From NCBI GenBank assembly GCA_965216465.1, contig CBDCFW010000004.1:64001-128000 (forward strand): 64,000 bases of DNA, read 5' to 3'. The position numbers and the translations under genes are program-made. Origin of the DNA: Bacteroidia bacterium. GTDB lineage: Bacteria; Bacteroidota; Bacteroidia; NS11-12g; UBA9320. This document shows positions 8,662 through 19,465 of this stretch, in pieces. Numbering within the stretch: position 1 is the first letter of the stretch; each line of letters begins with the position of its first letter. Under the pieces are notes generated by a model. It ran no database searches, had not been told where the DNA came from, and was given only the letters and a program-made list of their open reading frames with translations.

Positions 8662-9681
8662 ATGTCACAATCCGTTGATTTTCTTATTGTCGGTGGCGGC
8701 TTAGCTGGACACATTTTACAAATCGAGTTGGAACGAGCAGGCTGTTCAACCCTGGTAATTGATAAGAAAAAAGATAACATATCTTCTGTAATTGCAGCAG
8801 GTATAGTTAACCCCATTGCTGGGAAATTCTTTACGGTAACCTGGAGGGCAAATGAAATATTTTCAGAGCTTAGGTCATACTATCAGCGGTTAGAAGAAGA
8901 GCTAGGAGGCAGTTTTTTTAACGCTCTTCCGCTCAAACGAATTTTTGCAACAGCGGGAGAGCAGAATATCTGGTTGTCAAAAGCACATCAAGAAAAATAC
9001 AAAGGTTTTTGTAGTTATGAAGAACATGAGATAGAAGGGTTAAATAACAATTATGGGAGTTTGGTCATTAATCGAGGTGGGCAAATGGCTGTTACTCCAT
9101 TCTTGTCTCTTTGTAAAGCTAAATATCCAAATCGGGATGAGCGATTTAGTCACCAAGAACTTCAACTAGAAGATAAAAAGTATCAAGACATTAATTTCGG
9201 TAACATTGTTTTCTGCGAAGGGGCTGAAGTCCGACACAATAATCTGTTCAATTCATTGCCCTTTACACCCATGAAAGGCGAATTGCTTGAAATTGAGACC
9301 GGTCTTGAACCCCAAGACGCAGTTTTGCTTGGACCCGTTTTTATGCAACATGTGGCTGACAAAATATGGAGAATAGGCGCTACTTATGAACCCAACAAAA
9401 CTTCTATTGTGCCTACTGAAAATAAGAAACAAGAGATAATTGAGAAACTTGAAAAACTCCTAACCTTACCATACACTATCACCAACCACTATGCAGGCGT
9501 TCGTCCAGCAACAGTTGATCGTAGGCCTATAATCGGAAAACATGCTGAAGAAGAGGCTTATGTGTTCAATGGATTTGGTAGTAAAGGAATTAGCTTAATT
9601 CCGATACATGCAAAAGAATTCGTGCAATTTGTATTAAATGATGCTCCTTTGCATACCGAAGTAGTTATAGACCGATTTTGA
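8662..9681 (+). CDS. FAD-dependent oxidoreductase (DAO/glycine oxidase family)
   Basis: IVGGGLAG, AAG, KGE, AGVRP..DRRPIIG, NGFGSKG. Start set at the ATG 6 nt after TATCTTTG. Confidence 0.88.
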   Translation: MSQSVDFLIVGGGLAGHILQIELERAGCSTLVIDKKKDNISSVIAAGIVNPIAGKFFTVTWRANEIFSELRSYYQRLEEELGGSFFNALPLKRIFATAGEQNIWLSKAHQEKYKGFCSYEEHEIEGLNNNYGSLVINRGGQMAVTPFLSLCKAKYPNRDERFSHQELQLEDKKYQDINFGNIVFCEGAEVRHNNLFNSLPFTPMKGELLEIETGLEPQDAVLLGPVFMQHVADKIWRIGATYEPNKTSIVPTENKKQEIIEKLEKLLTLPYTITNHYAGVRPATVDRRPIIGKHAEEEAYVFNGFGSKGISLIPIHAKEFVQFVLNDAPLHTEVVIDRF

Positions 9682-11432
9682 AAGTAAGCTTATTATACTA
9701 TTTGAAAGTTCTTTGGGTTTGGTTAAGTGTATTCTTCTTATCCAAAATCTTCTTTTTGGTTATCAATTACGACTCATTTGGTGCCGACTTTAAAGAATTT
9801 CCAGCAATGTGGTGGAACGGTATACGGCTAGATCTGTCGTTTACCGGTTATTTACTTGCACTTTGCTTTCTAATTTTCGCTATTTCTGGGTTGCTTAAAA
9901 AGCCTTCAACGAAATTCTTAAAAGTTCTATTCTTGGTTGTATTTGTTTGTGCTGTGATAATATTAGGAGCTGACCCCTTTTTCTATTTATACTGGGGCCA
10001 GAAAGCGAATTTCTCGTTCATTCAATTTCTAGGCAAAGAAAACGCTGGGGTGTCTTCTGTTGAAACAATTCACTATCTGTACTTTATAGTTTTTGCGGGT
10101 ATATTAGGATTGATTTATGCCAAGCATTGGAGCAAGTTGCTTCAACCTCCAAAGAAGTCGAATTTAGGTTTGAGCCTCGTTCTTGTAGCATTCAGCTTTT
10201 TATTAATTAGGGGTGGATGGTCTATCGTTCCAATCAATATTTCAAGTGCTTTTTATTCTTCAAACAGTTTATACAATAACACCGCTTTAAACCCAGTATG
10301 GAACTTGCTCGCCACCGAGATAGAACGCGACAAACACAAGGCTATACAGTTCTTTGATAGTGCTGAAGTAGCGGAAGGAATCTGGTCTCACCGCAATATT
10401 AAAAGTGATAGCCTTCATCACATGATTAAAAGCAGTTCAAAGCCAAATGTGGTCCTAATCGTTCTTGAAAGTTTTTCAGCTAAAGTGAGCAAAGAGTTGT
10501 CAAATTCGCATAATGCAACTCCATACCTGGATCGAGAGTTGAGGTCAGGTATTTCTTATACCAATGCTTACGCCAGTAGCTTTCGTTCGGATAAAGGACT
10601 TATGGCGATAATAACCGGAGTGCCCTCTGGTGCCCGTCAAACGCTAACAAGCTTTCCTGATGCAATTGCTCGGCAGCCAAGCATTTTCAACATGTTTGCA
10701 GAAGATTATGAAACCTCATTCTACTACGGCGGAGATATGGAATTTGCAAACATGAAAGTATTGTTCAATGATGCAGATATCGTGATGTCAGAAAAAGAAC
10801 TTAAATCTGATGTCTCAGGCCCTTGGGGAAGCCACGACGAGGTTGTATTTGAGCAGTTTTTCTCAGACTTCGAAGCGGCGAACAATCCTCAATTCAAGAT
10901 GCTTTTTTCTTTGAGTAGTCATGAACCGTTTGACGTGCCTTCTCAACAGCGATTTGAAGATCCCTACCTCAATAGTATTAGTTACACGGATAGCTGTTTT
11001 GGTGTTTTAATGACCAAATTAAGGAAGTCTGAAAAATGGAATAACACCATCGTAATTGTTACTGCTGACCACGGTACCATTCGTCCTGAATTCTCAGCAA
11101 ATCAAGATCCTCAGAACTTCAGAATTCCAATGGTTATTACAGGTGGTTTGATAACAGGAGATACGACAATTAGTACCGTAGTAAGTCAAACAGATATTGC
11201 CGCTACCCTAAATGACCTTACCCAATCAAATATTGATTTTCCTCGTCAACAATCATTGTTAGTGCCTTCGGGAAGAGCATTTTATTCCTATTTTGATGGT
11301 ATTACTTTGGTTCGGGACAGCTGTATACAGCAATACGATTTTAGTCGTAAGGAGTATATCGTTCCACAATGCACTGACGCACTTGAAAAAGCCTATTACC
11401 ATCTAGCTAATGAGGCTTTCTTTACTCCTTAG
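9678..11432 (+). CDS. LTA synthase / sulfatase-family membrane protein
   Basis: About five N-terminal TM helices with GIRLD and IRGG; PNVVLIVLES, SSHEPF, YTD, TADHG. Confidence 0.88.
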   Translation: MKVSLLYYLKVLWVWLSVFFLSKIFFLVINYDSFGADFKEFPAMWWNGIRLDLSFTGYLLALCFLIFAISGLLKKPSTKFLKVLFLVVFVCAVIILGADPFFYLYWGQKANFSFIQFLGKENAGVSSVETIHYLYFIVFAGILGLIYAKHWSKLLQPPKKSNLGLSLVLVAFSFLLIRGGWSIVPINISSAFYSSNSLYNNTALNPVWNLLATEIERDKHKAIQFFDSAEVAEGIWSHRNIKSDSLHHMIKSSSKPNVVLIVLESFSAKVSKELSNSHNATPYLDRELRSGISYTNAYASSFRSDKGLMAIITGVPSGARQTLTSFPDAIARQPSIFNMFAEDYETSFYYGGDMEFANMKVLFNDADIVMSEKELKSDVSGPWGSHDEVVFEQFFSDFEAANNPQFKMLFSLSSHEPFDVPSQQRFEDPYLNSISYTDSCFGVLMTKLRKSEKWNNTIVIVTADHGTIRPEFSANQDPQNFRIPMVITGGLITGDTTISTVVSQTDIAATLNDLTQSNIDFPRQQSLLVPSGRAFYSYFDGITLVRDSCIQQYDFSRKEYIVPQCTDALEKAYYHLANEAFFTP

Positions 11433-13435
11433 TACTTGATAAATTTTTGATTAGCTCCCATAAGCTTAATGAAGTAAGCCCCTGGAGCCAATGAATTGAC
11501 ATCAATTTTATGCGAAGTAGAACTTGTTGTACCGCTCAGCACAATTTGACCAACTTGATTAAGAATCTGAAAATCTACAGGCCCAGCATTTGCCAAATCA
11601 ACAAATAGGTTTGAATTTGTAAATGTAGGATAAACCTTAAATGAAAGTACCGCGTCATCAATCGAACCTTTTGGTCGTCCTTCTGCATCAATAGATAACA
11701 CATTACCAATACTTAGGTTCTCGTATGAACCACTGCCTGTAGTAGTCGTTTTACTTGTTCTGATCATATAATAATTGTCTCCATTCCATGGCATCACATC
11801 AGTATAAGTGGTCCCAACAAAAGGAGTTTCATTTATCAATTCGAATCCTCCAATAGAGTCAGTTGAATGATAGATATAATATCCATTGATGTCATTTTCG
11901 GTTGAGGCAGTCCATGTGAGCTCGACTTCGGTGTTGTTGCTCACTGTCGCTATTTGTATGTTGGTTGGAGGTGCAATCATTGCCGTTCGTAAACTTGGGT
12001 CGCCAAGTAATGCTATATGAGGACATTTTTGATAGAATAAAGCATCATAGTCGTTCACATTATTTTGCGTTCGAATGGCTACGTCTCCAAACGACTCACC
12101 AATGGCTAATGTATGAGTAACCCATTTTGGACGTCCGTTCCATGCAGAAACTAAACCTCCTTCTTCTGATGCTAAACTCGCACGCATAAAGTTGTCTTCA
12201 ATATCATAATCCCCGAAGAAGCTTCCGAAAATATAGCTGAACAAACCTGGGTTTTTGCTTGTAAAATCAGCTGTATTTCCATATCCGCTGCACGATGTGT
12301 ACCATCCAGCACCAGCTCCATATGAGAATAAATAGTTGTTAGATGCAGTAGTATTAAAAATATCGGCTTCAACGATGTGTTCAGGTCCGTAGTAAGCGGT
12401 GAAATCTCTATAAGCTCCTCCTGCAAAACCTTCATCCAGTCCAGAAAAGTTATTCTCAATAATTGCCTGGTCTAAGTAAACAGTTTGTGCCATTTTAAAT
12501 TGGTGAGCTTTGTCTAAATAGCGCTTAGTAAGTTCAATTTCTGATTCAGAAAAGGTATTTAATCGACTTAAGTCTACACGACCGACAGCTATGGTAACAT
12601 CACCTGGAATTTGGTTGTTATCAAATTTGCCATCTCCAATTGCGTTGTTATTCTCAGGTCTTTTGGCAAGCGTTGTGGAGTCAATGTCGGTCCATTGGCC
12701 GTCAATAACTCCGTAGTAAACATCCGCAGCCCAAGCACCACAATGTGAATTGGGGTCTACCTGATAGTGACCATCAGGAGGATAAAGCCAATTCTCATCT
12801 TGACAATACGTACCAGAATACGGAACTGGAATATTACCCAATAAATAAAGTGCGTCAATACCTACAGTTTCATGTTTCAGGTCTATAAATTCACGAACAT
12901 CTGAAACTTCCCAGTCTGAAGGAACGGTTTCAATTAAAACATCCCAGCCATCACCAATTAAATCATGATGCAATTGGCTAATTTCTTGAGGAAGAGCATT
13001 TTTAATATTTTCTGCAACCAATACGAATATAATGCCGTTGTAATGATTTGCAGGTTTATTAATTGCAGCAGATATATATCCATAACCTTCGGCCTTCATT
13101 CCAGACTGAGAAAATGGCTCAGTAACATCTGTGGTTTTTCTTACAGCATATTCATACACTTTTCCTTCTTCAATATTGGAGTCCATATAAGAACTATCTG
13201 TTCCTGAAAGACTAACTAGAGCCGTGCCCCAATTGGTGCTTCCAAGGTCTCGGCGATATACACGATAAGCCGTTGCTTCATCGGTGGCCTTCCAGCGAAT
13301 GTTTATGGTTGTGTTTGATTCGTTGATTACGGCATAAGCCTCAACAGAACGGTAATTATCAAAAGTTTGTGCTTCACTAAAAAAAGACAAACAGAAAAAT
13401 GATAAAATAGGGATTGAGCGTAGTATAATCTTCAT
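11429..13435 (-). CDS. T9SS cargo protein: FN3 + peptidase C25-like domain + FN3 + C-terminal sorting domain
   Basis: Signal peptide from MKIILRS; FN3 motifs; YLLGNIP, VGRVD, LLGDP; CTD VYP..GQIV..LAPGAYFIK..KFIK. Confidence 0.75.
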   Translation of the reverse strand: MKIILRSIPILSFFCLSFFSEAQTFDNYRSVEAYAVINESNTTINIRWKATDEATAYRVYRRDLGSTNWGTALVSLSGTDSSYMDSNIEEGKVYEYAVRKTTDVTEPFSQSGMKAEGYGYISAAINKPANHYNGIIFVLVAENIKNALPQEISQLHHDLIGDGWDVLIETVPSDWEVSDVREFIDLKHETVGIDALYLLGNIPVPYSGTYCQDENWLYPPDGHYQVDPNSHCGAWAADVYYGVIDGQWTDIDSTTLAKRPENNNAIGDGKFDNNQIPGDVTIAVGRVDLSRLNTFSESEIELTKRYLDKAHQFKMAQTVYLDQAIIENNFSGLDEGFAGGAYRDFTAYYGPEHIVEADIFNTTASNNYLFSYGAGAGWYTSCSGYGNTADFTSKNPGLFSYIFGSFFGDYDIEDNFMRASLASEEGGLVSAWNGRPKWVTHTLAIGESFGDVAIRTQNNVNDYDALFYQKCPHIALLGDPSLRTAMIAPPTNIQIATVSNNTEVELTWTASTENDINGYYIYHSTDSIGGFELINETPFVGTTYTDVMPWNGDNYYMIRTSKTTTTGSGSYENLSIGNVLSIDAEGRPKGSIDDAVLSFKVYPTFTNSNLFVDLANAGPVDFQILNQVGQIVLSGTTSSTSHKIDVNSLAPGAYFIKLMGANQKFIKY

Positions 13436-13459
13436 CGAGTAAATAATATATTCGTACAA

Positions 13460-15868
13460 ATGTATCGAATATTAGCACGTAAAACGGTTTTGTTATTGTC
13501 ATTATTAGCAATTGGTAGCCTAAATAGTACAGCCCAGAAATTTTGCCAGCACATGCGGTTAAACCATCAAATGGCGATGAATAATACGGTTGATTTACGC
13601 GCTGATACCTTCGATGTATTAGACTATACCATAGACGCTTCATTCTTAAATTACCAAGTAGATAAAAGTATTGATGCGACCTGTGAGCTTACCATTGTTC
13701 AAAAGATTTCTTCTTCAAGTGTTAATCTCGGTTTGCTGGGTCTAAATGTGAGTAAGGTCGAAGTTAATGGTGCCACTGTCAATTATTCTTACTCATCTCC
13801 AAGCCTAAAAGCAGAGCTCAACGGAATTCAAGTAGGAGACACGTTCAAGCTTAACGTGTTCTACGATGGCAATCCCAAAAAAGATGCACAATGGGGTGGA
13901 TTCTATTTTACCGGTGAATATGCATTTAACATGGGTGTTGGGTTTGCTTCCGACCCCCATAACTTTGGCCGTGTATGGTTTCCTTGTTTCGATAACTTTA
14001 CCGACAGAGCAACATATCAGATTAACATCACAGTCGATTCCAGCTACAAAGCTTATGCAAATGGAGTGTTGGTTGGACATGAAAAAAATGGGTCAACTGA
14101 GGTGTTTAAGTGGTCAATGAAAGATCCAATACCAACGTACCTCGCTTCAGTTGCAATTGCGCAGTACGAAGAAGTGGTCATGGAAACTGATGGCATCCCT
14201 GTGGTGCTAACTGCCCTTGCTAAAGACACGGCGAATTTGAGAGCAAGCTTTGAGAACCTACCAAAGTGCATTCGACAATTTGTAAGTTCTTACGGCAGTC
14301 ACAGTTTTGACAGAATAGGTTTCAATATAGTTCCATTCAACGCAGGAGCCATGGAGCATGCTACCAACATTGCATATCCATTTTATGCTATCAGCAACGG
14401 CTCAAAAAACAGCGAAACCCTTTTTGCTCATGAGTTGGCTCATCACTGGTGGGGAAACACCACTACTTGTGGAAGCCAAGAAGATATGTGGCTCAACGAA
14501 GGTTGGGCTTCTTTTTCTGAAAGCTTGTTTTTAGAGGCAGTTTACGGAAGAGCCCGATACGAACATAGCGTTGAAGCAAACCACCGAAATGTGTTGCAGT
14601 TTGCTCACGTCAGAGATGGAGTGAGTTTGCCTGTGAGTGGAATTGGTCATGCAAATACCTACGGAAGCCATGTATACAACAAAGGAGCTGATATGGTACA
14701 CACGCTTAGAGGTTTTATGGGCGATGAAGCATTCTTCGAAGCTTGCCAAACCTTTCAGTCTACTTATAAATTTAAAGATGTGAGCACGGAACAAATGTTT
14801 GCCCATTTTCAATCTTATTCAGCGGTGAGCTTAGAAGGATTCTTTAATCAGTGGATTAAAAAGAGTGGATTTGCTCATTTTGGGATTCATTGGGTGATTC
14901 CTCAAAACGGAAGGTATAGCATCAACATAAAGCAGACGCCTAGATTTAACGAAGAGGTATACACGAATGTACCAGTTATAATTACCGGTTTCTCGAACGA
15001 TTTAGAGCGTTACGATACAACCATTATCCTGAATAACCGAGAACAGACTTTTGTGCTTAATCCTCCATTCGAGGTTGAGTTTTGGTCACTGGATTACGAC
15101 GACTTAATTAGCGACGCACTTACAAGTGCAAATAGAATGATTGGCAATAACCAGGTCATGATAATGCTTGAAGATGGCTTAGCAGAAGTAGGAGTGGACA
15201 GCATAGCTAATGGAGATTCAGCATTTGTGCGTGTGGAGCACCATTGGGCAGGTCCGGATGCGACCTATGGCACGCCTGAGGGAGTTACAATCAGCAGACA
15301 ACGCTATTGGAATATTGAAGGCGTATGGCCTGAAAACACCAAATTGTTTGCAAGCCTAACCTATAGCGGAATTAAAACTACCTCAAGCATGGTTTATGGC
15401 TATCTGGATCATGAATTAATTCGAATTACGGAAGACAGCCTAGTGCTGTTGTACCGTCCTGCAGGAGACAAGCCTTGGGTAATTTACGATGACTACATAA
15501 AAAATATGGGATCTGCCTTTGATAAAAGAGGTACGGTAACGGTTTCAAATTTGAAGAAAGGACAGTATACTTTTGGTATGTACGATGCTAGCCTAGCATC
15601 AGTAGATGATGTACTAATAGAACCTGCTAAGTTTAAAGTTTATCCAAATCCAGCCGATGATATTGTCACCGTTGAGTTTGAAGAAGATCACGACTGCTGC
15701 CTGTTTGAGATTACAGATATCTATGGTTTGGTTGTGAAGTCAGCCAAAATCAAATCAAAGGAAAACATGCAAACAATAGATGTCTCAGACTTGGCTCCAG
15801 GAACATACTTTTTCGGGATGGTAACTGAAAATTTAGGTTACGACCGACAAAAAATCATAATTAAATAA
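13460..15868 (+). CDS. M1-family zinc aminopeptidase with T9SS C-terminal domain
   Basis: WFPCFD, GAMEH, HELAHHWWG..WLNEG, YNKG; CTD VYPNP..LAPGTYF..KIIIK. Confidence 0.93.
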   Translation: MYRILARKTVLLLSLLAIGSLNSTAQKFCQHMRLNHQMAMNNTVDLRADTFDVLDYTIDASFLNYQVDKSIDATCELTIVQKISSSSVNLGLLGLNVSKVEVNGATVNYSYSSPSLKAELNGIQVGDTFKLNVFYDGNPKKDAQWGGFYFTGEYAFNMGVGFASDPHNFGRVWFPCFDNFTDRATYQINITVDSSYKAYANGVLVGHEKNGSTEVFKWSMKDPIPTYLASVAIAQYEEVVMETDGIPVVLTALAKDTANLRASFENLPKCIRQFVSSYGSHSFDRIGFNIVPFNAGAMEHATNIAYPFYAISNGSKNSETLFAHELAHHWWGNTTTCGSQEDMWLNEGWASFSESLFLEAVYGRARYEHSVEANHRNVLQFAHVRDGVSLPVSGIGHANTYGSHVYNKGADMVHTLRGFMGDEAFFEACQTFQSTYKFKDVSTEQMFAHFQSYSAVSLEGFFNQWIKKSGFAHFGIHWVIPQNGRYSINIKQTPRFNEEVYTNVPVIITGFSNDLERYDTTIILNNREQTFVLNPPFEVEFWSLDYDDLISDALTSANRMIGNNQVMIMLEDGLAEVGVDSIANGDSAFVRVEHHWAGPDATYGTPEGVTISRQRYWNIEGVWPENTKLFASLTYSGIKTTSSMVYGYLDHELIRITEDSLVLLYRPAGDKPWVIYDDYIKNMGSAFDKRGTVTVSNLKKGQYTFGMYDASLASVDDVLIEPAKFKVYPNPADDIVTVEFEEDHDCCLFEITDIYGLVVKSAKIKSKENMQTIDVSDLAPGTYFFGMVTENLGYDRQKIIIK

Positions 15869-17470
15869 CTACTTCAAATCGTAGTCTTCCTCATTTTCGA
15901 GAATCCGCTGTCGACTTGCATTAAAGTCTTCGCTAAATAAACTTCTTTCCGATTTGTATCCGGCATATTTTAAGTGATTTAAGTCGAGGAATGAATAGAA
16001 TAGGTCATCAGACATAAATGAACTCGAAGATCGTGATTGAGCAATACTGTCGTTAAGCCCATAGAGATTTTTGTAGTTATCTGACATCCAAACAATAAAA
16101 GGAATTTCTACATTCGATTTTGGGATTGTTAATGCATAATCATGACCACAATTACCGTTTTCGTCGTAAACATTTTCGCCATGATCGGAAAGATAAACTG
16201 CGGTTGCGCTGATATTCTTTTGGTTTGAGTGCTCATTTACCATGTTAAAGAATTCGTTGACAACAAAATCATTATATAAAACAGAGTTGTCGTAGTGTGC
16301 TTGAGTTCCATCTACTTCACCTTCGCCTTCAAATTTTTTAAACTTTTCAGGATATCTTTTCGAATACGAAGTGTGATTACCCATCAAATGAAGCACGATC
16401 AATTTGTTAGCTGCAGTGTCATTTAAAGCCTCCTTCAGGGGGGCAAACAATCCCTCGTCATATGACTTGACATAAGTTGCTTCGAATGATGTGCTGCCAG
16501 CAGTATTAATGAATTTGGTGACGTCAGCTTTTTTAGCGGTATGGGAAATTAAATTTTCCCAGATTCCGGTTAGTGATTGATTCGATAACCAAAATGTTTT
16601 ATAGCCTGACGAATGAAAAACATCTAAAATGTCGACATAAGTTCCTAAACTGTCGTAGGTATAAATATCCCCTTCAGAAATGCTACTTAATACACAACTA
16701 AGCGTGTTTGAAAAAGGAGTGATAACATTATCAAAGGCTACAATATCCTTCCTTTGTCTTAATAGTGGAGTGGTATTACGGTGATAACCATATAGACTCA
16801 TATGTCTTCGGCTTTCAGACTCGCCGATAATCAGTACGGCCAGATTAGTTGAGGTTTTGGCTTCATTCTCTGTTGCAACATTCTTAGGGTCGTTGGTTTT
16901 AAATATTTCTTGATAAACTGCAATTTGGTCGGCAAGTTGAATTCCAACTTTAAGCGTATGTGGTACGCCTTTTCTAACTAGACGTTGGTTTAAAGCATTT
17001 TCAGCTATAAACCCGATTGCGACAACGGCAAAAAGCCAAATAAACCATTTTGGTTGAATGCTTGAAATTTGTTTCGGTCGAGACCATGCAAGCATAAATA
17101 TGCCGATAAAAGGGAGCAAATACAAAAGTCGATAAGAGAATTTTGTATCCATAAATTCGGAGGCTTCGGCAAAATTTGAATTGGCTACAACAAGAATGTT
17201 TGTGGCATTTAAGGGTGCTTTTACAATACACCAATGGCTGATTTCAACAAGACCAAGAATGAAGAAAAAGATCAATCCGATTTTAATCCAAATGCGTTTT
17301 TGAGTCAAGGCAAAAGGGATTGTAAACAATAAGAGCCAAACAAAATTAATGAGAAAATACCTTGAGTTTACGAGCTCAGCTTCAATCGTAAGTCCAATGA
17401 GCAAAGGAGCAATGGCGAGCAATACAAAGTAAAGAGGAAATATTAGGGATATGTTTTTAAGCCATTTCAA
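15869..17470 (-). CDS. Phosphoethanolamine transferase (EptA/CptA family)
   Basis: TM N-terminus; IIGES, LYGY.RNTTP, HLMGNH, YDNS, SDHGE. Confidence 0.9.
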   Translation of the reverse strand: MKWLKNISLIFPLYFVLLAIAPLLIGLTIEAELVNSRYFLINFVWLLLFTIPFALTQKRIWIKIGLIFFFILGLVEISHWCIVKAPLNATNILVVANSNFAEASEFMDTKFSYRLLYLLPFIGIFMLAWSRPKQISSIQPKWFIWLFAVVAIGFIAENALNQRLVRKGVPHTLKVGIQLADQIAVYQEIFKTNDPKNVATENEAKTSTNLAVLIIGESESRRHMSLYGYHRNTTPLLRQRKDIVAFDNVITPFSNTLSCVLSSISEGDIYTYDSLGTYVDILDVFHSSGYKTFWLSNQSLTGIWENLISHTAKKADVTKFINTAGSTSFEATYVKSYDEGLFAPLKEALNDTAANKLIVLHLMGNHTSYSKRYPEKFKKFEGEGEVDGTQAHYDNSVLYNDFVVNEFFNMVNEHSNQKNISATAVYLSDHGENVYDENGNCGHDYALTIPKSNVEIPFIVWMSDNYKNLYGLNDSIAQSRSSSSFMSDDLFYSFLDLNHLKYAGYKSERSLFSEDFNASRQRILENEEDYDLK

Positions 17471-18075
17471 ACCCCCTGCTCTTCAATCCATTGTTTTAGG
17501 GTTTCAACACCATGTTTAGTGTTGCTACTGGTTTCGAACATAACCGGAAGTTCGGCATAGTATTTTGATAGTTCTTTCTCAAAATTATTCATGTTCTTTT
17601 CTGTTTCTCTGGCTTTGCGCTTATCTGTTTTGGTGAATACCACACCAACAGGAACCCGGTGCACGCCACACCATTCTAAAAACTCTAGGTCTATTCTTTG
17701 TGGTGGTATTGCCGCATCGACTAATACAAAAACAATAAAAAGATTTTGGCTTCTGAGTAAATAATCGGTAATTAATCCCTCAAACTCCTCCCGCCGTTTT
17801 TTAGATACCTTGGCATATCCATATCCAGGTAAATCGACGAGATAAAGATGCTCTTCAACTCCAAAAAAATTAATGAGTTGGGTTTTTCCAGGTTTAGCAC
17901 TGGTTTTCGCCATATCTTTTTTACTTGCAATGGCATTAATGAGCGAACTTTTTCCAACATTCGATCTTCCAATGAAAGCAAACTCTGGTTTTATTTTATT
18001 GTTTATCTGTACAACAGAACTATAACTCCTGATAAATTTTGCCTTGTCAAAGGCGAGCGTCATATTTGCAGCCAT
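17467..18075 (-). CDS. engB: Ribosome biogenesis GTPase YihA/YsxC
   Basis: GRSNVGKSSLIN, PGKT, DLPGYG, TKTD. The true start may be the ATG at 18063. Confidence 0.96.
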   Translation of the reverse strand: MAANMTLAFDKAKFIRSYSSVVQINNKIKPEFAFIGRSNVGKSSLINAIASKKDMAKTSAKPGKTQLINFFGVEEHLYLVDLPGYGYAKVSKKRREEFEGLITDYLLRSQNLFIVFVLVDAAIPPQRIDLEFLEWCGVHRVPVGVVFTKTDKRKARETEKNMNNFEKELSKYYAELPVMFETSSNTKHGVETLKQWIEEQGV

Positions 18076-18077
18076 AA

Positions 18078-18797
18078 ATGGACAGCAAAGTTAAGCCATA
18101 TGATCCAACAGGTTCTAAAAAAGAACAAGTGAAGCAAATGTTTGATAACATTGCTCACCGTTATGATTTCTTAAATCGTTTTTTATCTATGGGCATAGAT
18201 AAGGGATGGAGAAAGAAAGCTATAAAGATGTTGGCGAAGCAAAATCCCAAAAGAATTCTTGATGTAGCAACAGGTACGGGAGATTTCGCAATTGAAACCT
18301 TGAAAATCAATCCAGATGAAGTAATCGGAGTTGATATTTCTGAGGGAATGCTTGAAATGGGCAGGAAAAAACTCGAAGAAAAAGGAATTTCGAAGATTAT
18401 CCTACAACAAGGAGACAGTGAGAATCTTCAGTTTGATGATAATTCATTTGATGCGGTGATTGTGGCGTTTGGAGTTCGAAATTTTGAAAATCTTCAAAAA
18501 GGTCTCAGTGAGATTCATCGTGTTTTGAAGCCAGGTGGCACAGCAATGGTGCTCGAGTTTTCTAAACCTCGAGGGCTGTTTAAACTTATCTATAATTTCT
18601 ATTTCAATGTAATATTACCTTTGTGGGGAAAGTTGTTTTCTGGAGACAATTCAGCTTATACCTATTTGCCAGAATCGGTAAAAGCTTTTCCAGAAGGAGA
18701 AGCCTTCAAAGAAATTATGTCTGATGTTAAATACAATAATGTGAACGACAGACGTTTAACCTTTGGAATATGCTCAATATACACCGGTACAAAATAA
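18078..18797 (+). CDS. menG: Demethylmenaquinone methyltransferase
   Basis: [39 protein letters not shown]. Confidence 0.95.
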   Translation: MDSKVKPYDPTGSKKEQVKQMFDNIAHRYDFLNRFLSMGIDKGWRKKAIKMLAKQNPKRILDVATGTGDFAIETLKINPDEVIGVDISEGMLEMGRKKLEEKGISKIILQQGDSENLQFDDNSFDAVIVAFGVRNFENLQKGLSEIHRVLKPGGTAMVLEFSKPRGLFKLIYNFYFNVILPLWGKLFSGDNSAYTYLPESVKAFPEGEAFKEIMSDVKYNNVNDRRLTFGICSIYTGTK

Positions 18798-19465
18798 CAT
18801 TAGTAAGTCTGATAGTTCTACTATCAATTGGCGTGCAGGCTCAGGAGATTAATCCGCTGTACGACAGAAAACCTGTGCGTTTCGGTTTCGGTTTGATGGG
18901 AAATTCTGCCAAATTGAAGTTTACAACGAAAGATAACATCTTTCCTAGTGATACCTTACAGAACATCCAATCGTTAAATTATCCTGGATTTGGATTGGGA
19001 GGATTGGTCAATTTTAGGCTAGCCGAAAGTTGGGACCTTAAGACCATGGTAAATATTCAGTTTGCCCGTAGAGATATGAACTATTATTTCAAGCAGGATA
19101 ACCTCAAAACGGCTGAAATGGAGTCTACCTATATCGAAATTCCATTAAGTTTAGAATATAAAGGGGTAAGACATAAGAATGTACGTCTATATGTGTTAGG
19201 AGGAATAACTTATCGCTTCGATTTTACCAGTGATGTTGATACGGATAGAAGTGATACCAAGCCTATTGTTGCTATGTATCCGAATACATTCTCGTACGAC
19301 ATTGGTGCTGGACTCGATATTTACTTCCCTTATTTTAAGTTTTCTCCAGAAATTAAATTGAGTAACGGCTTAGGTAATCAGTTGGTGCCAGATGGTTTTA
19401 TTTTTGCTAACAGTCTTGAAAGAGTTTCACCCAAATTGCTTCAATTTAGCCTGATATTTCAATAG
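18770..19465 (+). CDS. porT: PorT/SprT-family outer membrane protein (T9SS)
   Basis: Beta-barrel pattern, [16 protein letters not shown]; menG-porT order is typical of Bacteroidota. Confidence 0.8.
   Translation: MLNIHRYKITLVSLIVLLSIGVQAQEINPLYDRKPVRFGFGLMGNSAKLKFTTKDNIFPSDTLQNIQSLNYPGFGLGGLVNFRLAESWDLKTMVNIQFARRDMNYYFKQDNLKTAEMESTYIEIPLSLEYKGVRHKNVRLYVLGGITYRFDFTSDVDTDRSDTKPIVAMYPNTFSYDIGAGLDIYFPYFKFSPEIKLSNGLGNQLVPDGFIFANSLERVSPKLLQFSLIFQ

Noticed and set aside
8619-8816. N-terminal extension of the 200-aa ORF
   Set aside because: It overlaps the divergent oxidoreductase gene; the lipoprotein signal begins at 8618.
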